Source: a virus
Lineage: Duplodnaviria > Caudoviricetes
Strand: one strand, 5' to 3'
Virus record (IMG/VR): IMGVR_UViG_3300025296_000057
Location: 1 to 35,443 of that record
Length of the DNA: 35,443 nt
The notes under the pieces were generated by a model that was not told the origin of the DNA, did not search any database, and saw only the letters and a program-made list of their open reading frames with translations. A program made the position numbers and the translations under genes. This document shows, in pieces, positions 34,402-35,443 of this stretch. Positions within the stretch are counted from its first letter, which is position 1; the number at the start of each line of letters is the position of its first letter.

Positions 34402-34530
34402 ATATTATTGCGCTTTTTAGGTACTAATATCAACTTTGAACTAATAGAAAATTAAGAAGGTTGAATTTAAGGGACACTGTTATATTTATCTTATTGCGAA
34501 ATTGGGTTTTTTATAGTTGCGAATTTGAGC

Positions 34531-34570
34531 AAGAAAATAGCCTAGAAAAATATTAATTAATCTAGGCTAT
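34531..34570 (-). terminator. Probable intrinsic terminator
   Basis: ATAGCCTAGA / TCTAGGCTAT 10-bp stem just after ORF 34578, followed by TTTCTT on minus. Confidence 0.6.
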
Positions 34571-34577
34571 AATTTAT

Positions 34578-34763
34578 TTAACTATTCCACTCTAAAGAAT
34601 TAACACATTTAGAACACATAAATTGTTGAGTTAATTTATTCCAAAATACACTCTTGGTTTTTAGATTGTAACCACCATACGACCACCCAAATAATTTATC
34701 GCAACAATAAGTTACATCTAATTTTTTTAGTAGTCTAAATTTAATGTAGTTTAATAATTTCAT
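34578..34763 (-). CDS. Small Cys-containing hypothetical protein
   Basis: 61 aa, YCCD...CSKC, GAGGAG RBS, ATGA overlap. Confidence 0.65.
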   Translation of the reverse strand: MKLLNYIKFRLLKKLDVTYCCDKLFGWSYGGYNLKTKSVFWNKLTQQFMCSKCVNSLEWNS

Positions 34764-34996
34764 ATTGCTAACTCCTCCTCTGCCTCAGTCAAATGACTTG
34801 CCTTTTTGAACTTATCAACATCAAATCTATCATTAGACTGAATGAAGATATTAATTAATCGATTTTCAATATTATCAATTAATCCCAAGAATGAATCTTG
34901 AGAACCGAAAACATCATCATTTGATAAATGTTGAATTGCTAACCTTTCGTTTTTTAGCATTTGAGCTATTTGTATAAAATGTTGTTTAGTAAACAT
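34760..34996 (-). CDS. Phage hypothetical protein
   Basis: MFTKQHFIQIA...SNDRFDVDKFKKA; AAGGAG RBS. Confidence 0.8.
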   Translation of the reverse strand: MFTKQHFIQIAQMLKNERLAIQHLSNDDVFGSQDSFLGLIDNIENRLINIFIQSNDRFDVDKFKKASHLTEAEEELAI

Positions 34997-35115
34997 TTTT
35001 TAATCTCCTTTAATTGTTTAAGTTGTTAAGTATATTTTACTAAAGTACAGCTAAAAAAGATATTATTTTAATCTTAAAAATGGATAATTTGAGTTCTGTA
35101 GCAGTAAGCCTAGAA

Positions 35116-35443
35116 TCAATTATTTTCTTTTAATTGCTCCGAATTTTCTGATATTTTTTTATTTTCTTCTGGCTTAGCTGGAGTTAATTTAGTCGTATTT
35201 TGCAAGGCAAATATTAAATTCATCGCATTAGTATCGGAGTTCTCTTGTATCTTTCGGAAATCCTCCGGGGCTTGTTGCTCCAATAACCATTGGAGATTGT
35301 TTCCACCCTTGTTATTAGATTCTTGTAGTTTCTGAATACTAGAACTGATCCAGGTTGCATGCATGCGTGAAGTGAGTACGTAAAACTTTATATAATAACT
35401 ATCTTCAAATATATTATTTTCTATTGCTATCTTTCCTCTTTTT
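35116..35443 (-). CDS. Terminase small subunit-like protein, 5' end outside the window
   Basis: Frame is open to the window edge (KRGKIAIENN...YYIKFY...); LQWLLEQQAPEDF resembles the WLLERxxPxxF C-terminal motif of TerS-like proteins. Confidence 0.55.
   Translation of the reverse strand, partial: KRGKIAIENNIFEDSYYIKFYVLTSRMHATWISSSIQKLQESNNKGGNNLQWLLEQQAPEDFRKIQENSDTNAMNLIFALQNTTKLTPAKPEENKKISENSEQLKENN

Noticed and set aside
1-35443. Window ends joining directly as a circle or terminal repeat
   Set aside because: No shared sequence at the ends and the two truncated ORFs look like different proteins, so some sequence is missing

Overview
The window is a nearly complete genome of a tailed dsDNA phage with podovirus-type (short-tail) morphogenesis genes; ORFs run off both window ends. 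The left arm (+ strand, ~0.78-8.2 kb) holds many tiny Cys-rich early ORFs, a Cas4/RecB-like nuclease, a probable SSB, a lambda O-like initiator with an internal iteron origin, a DnaC-like loader, a beta-class DNA methyltransferase, an Xis-like HTH and RusA. The right arm (- strand, read from 35.4 kb down to 8.3 kb) holds a TerS-like gene, a repeat-rich spacer, TerL, portal, three probable ejection proteins (the largest 2098 aa with a ddrB-like ParB domain), scaffold, major capsid, decoration protein, adaptor, nozzle, a DUF559-fold protein, tail fibres and a cassette of membrane proteins. I recognised no integrase, repressor, endolysin, tRNA or CRISPR array. The most interesting signals are non-coding: (1) a ~127-nt candidate sRNA with its own promoter and three anti-Shine-Dalgarno tracts at the junction of the two arms; (2) a fifth copy of the replication iteron in the capsid-operon promoter; (3) a multi-stem, pseudoknotted leader upstream of the decoration gene. 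Also notable are an endolysin-free, membrane-protein-rich late cassette and non-canonical catalytic motifs in TerL. All family calls come from reading motifs by eye, not from database searches.
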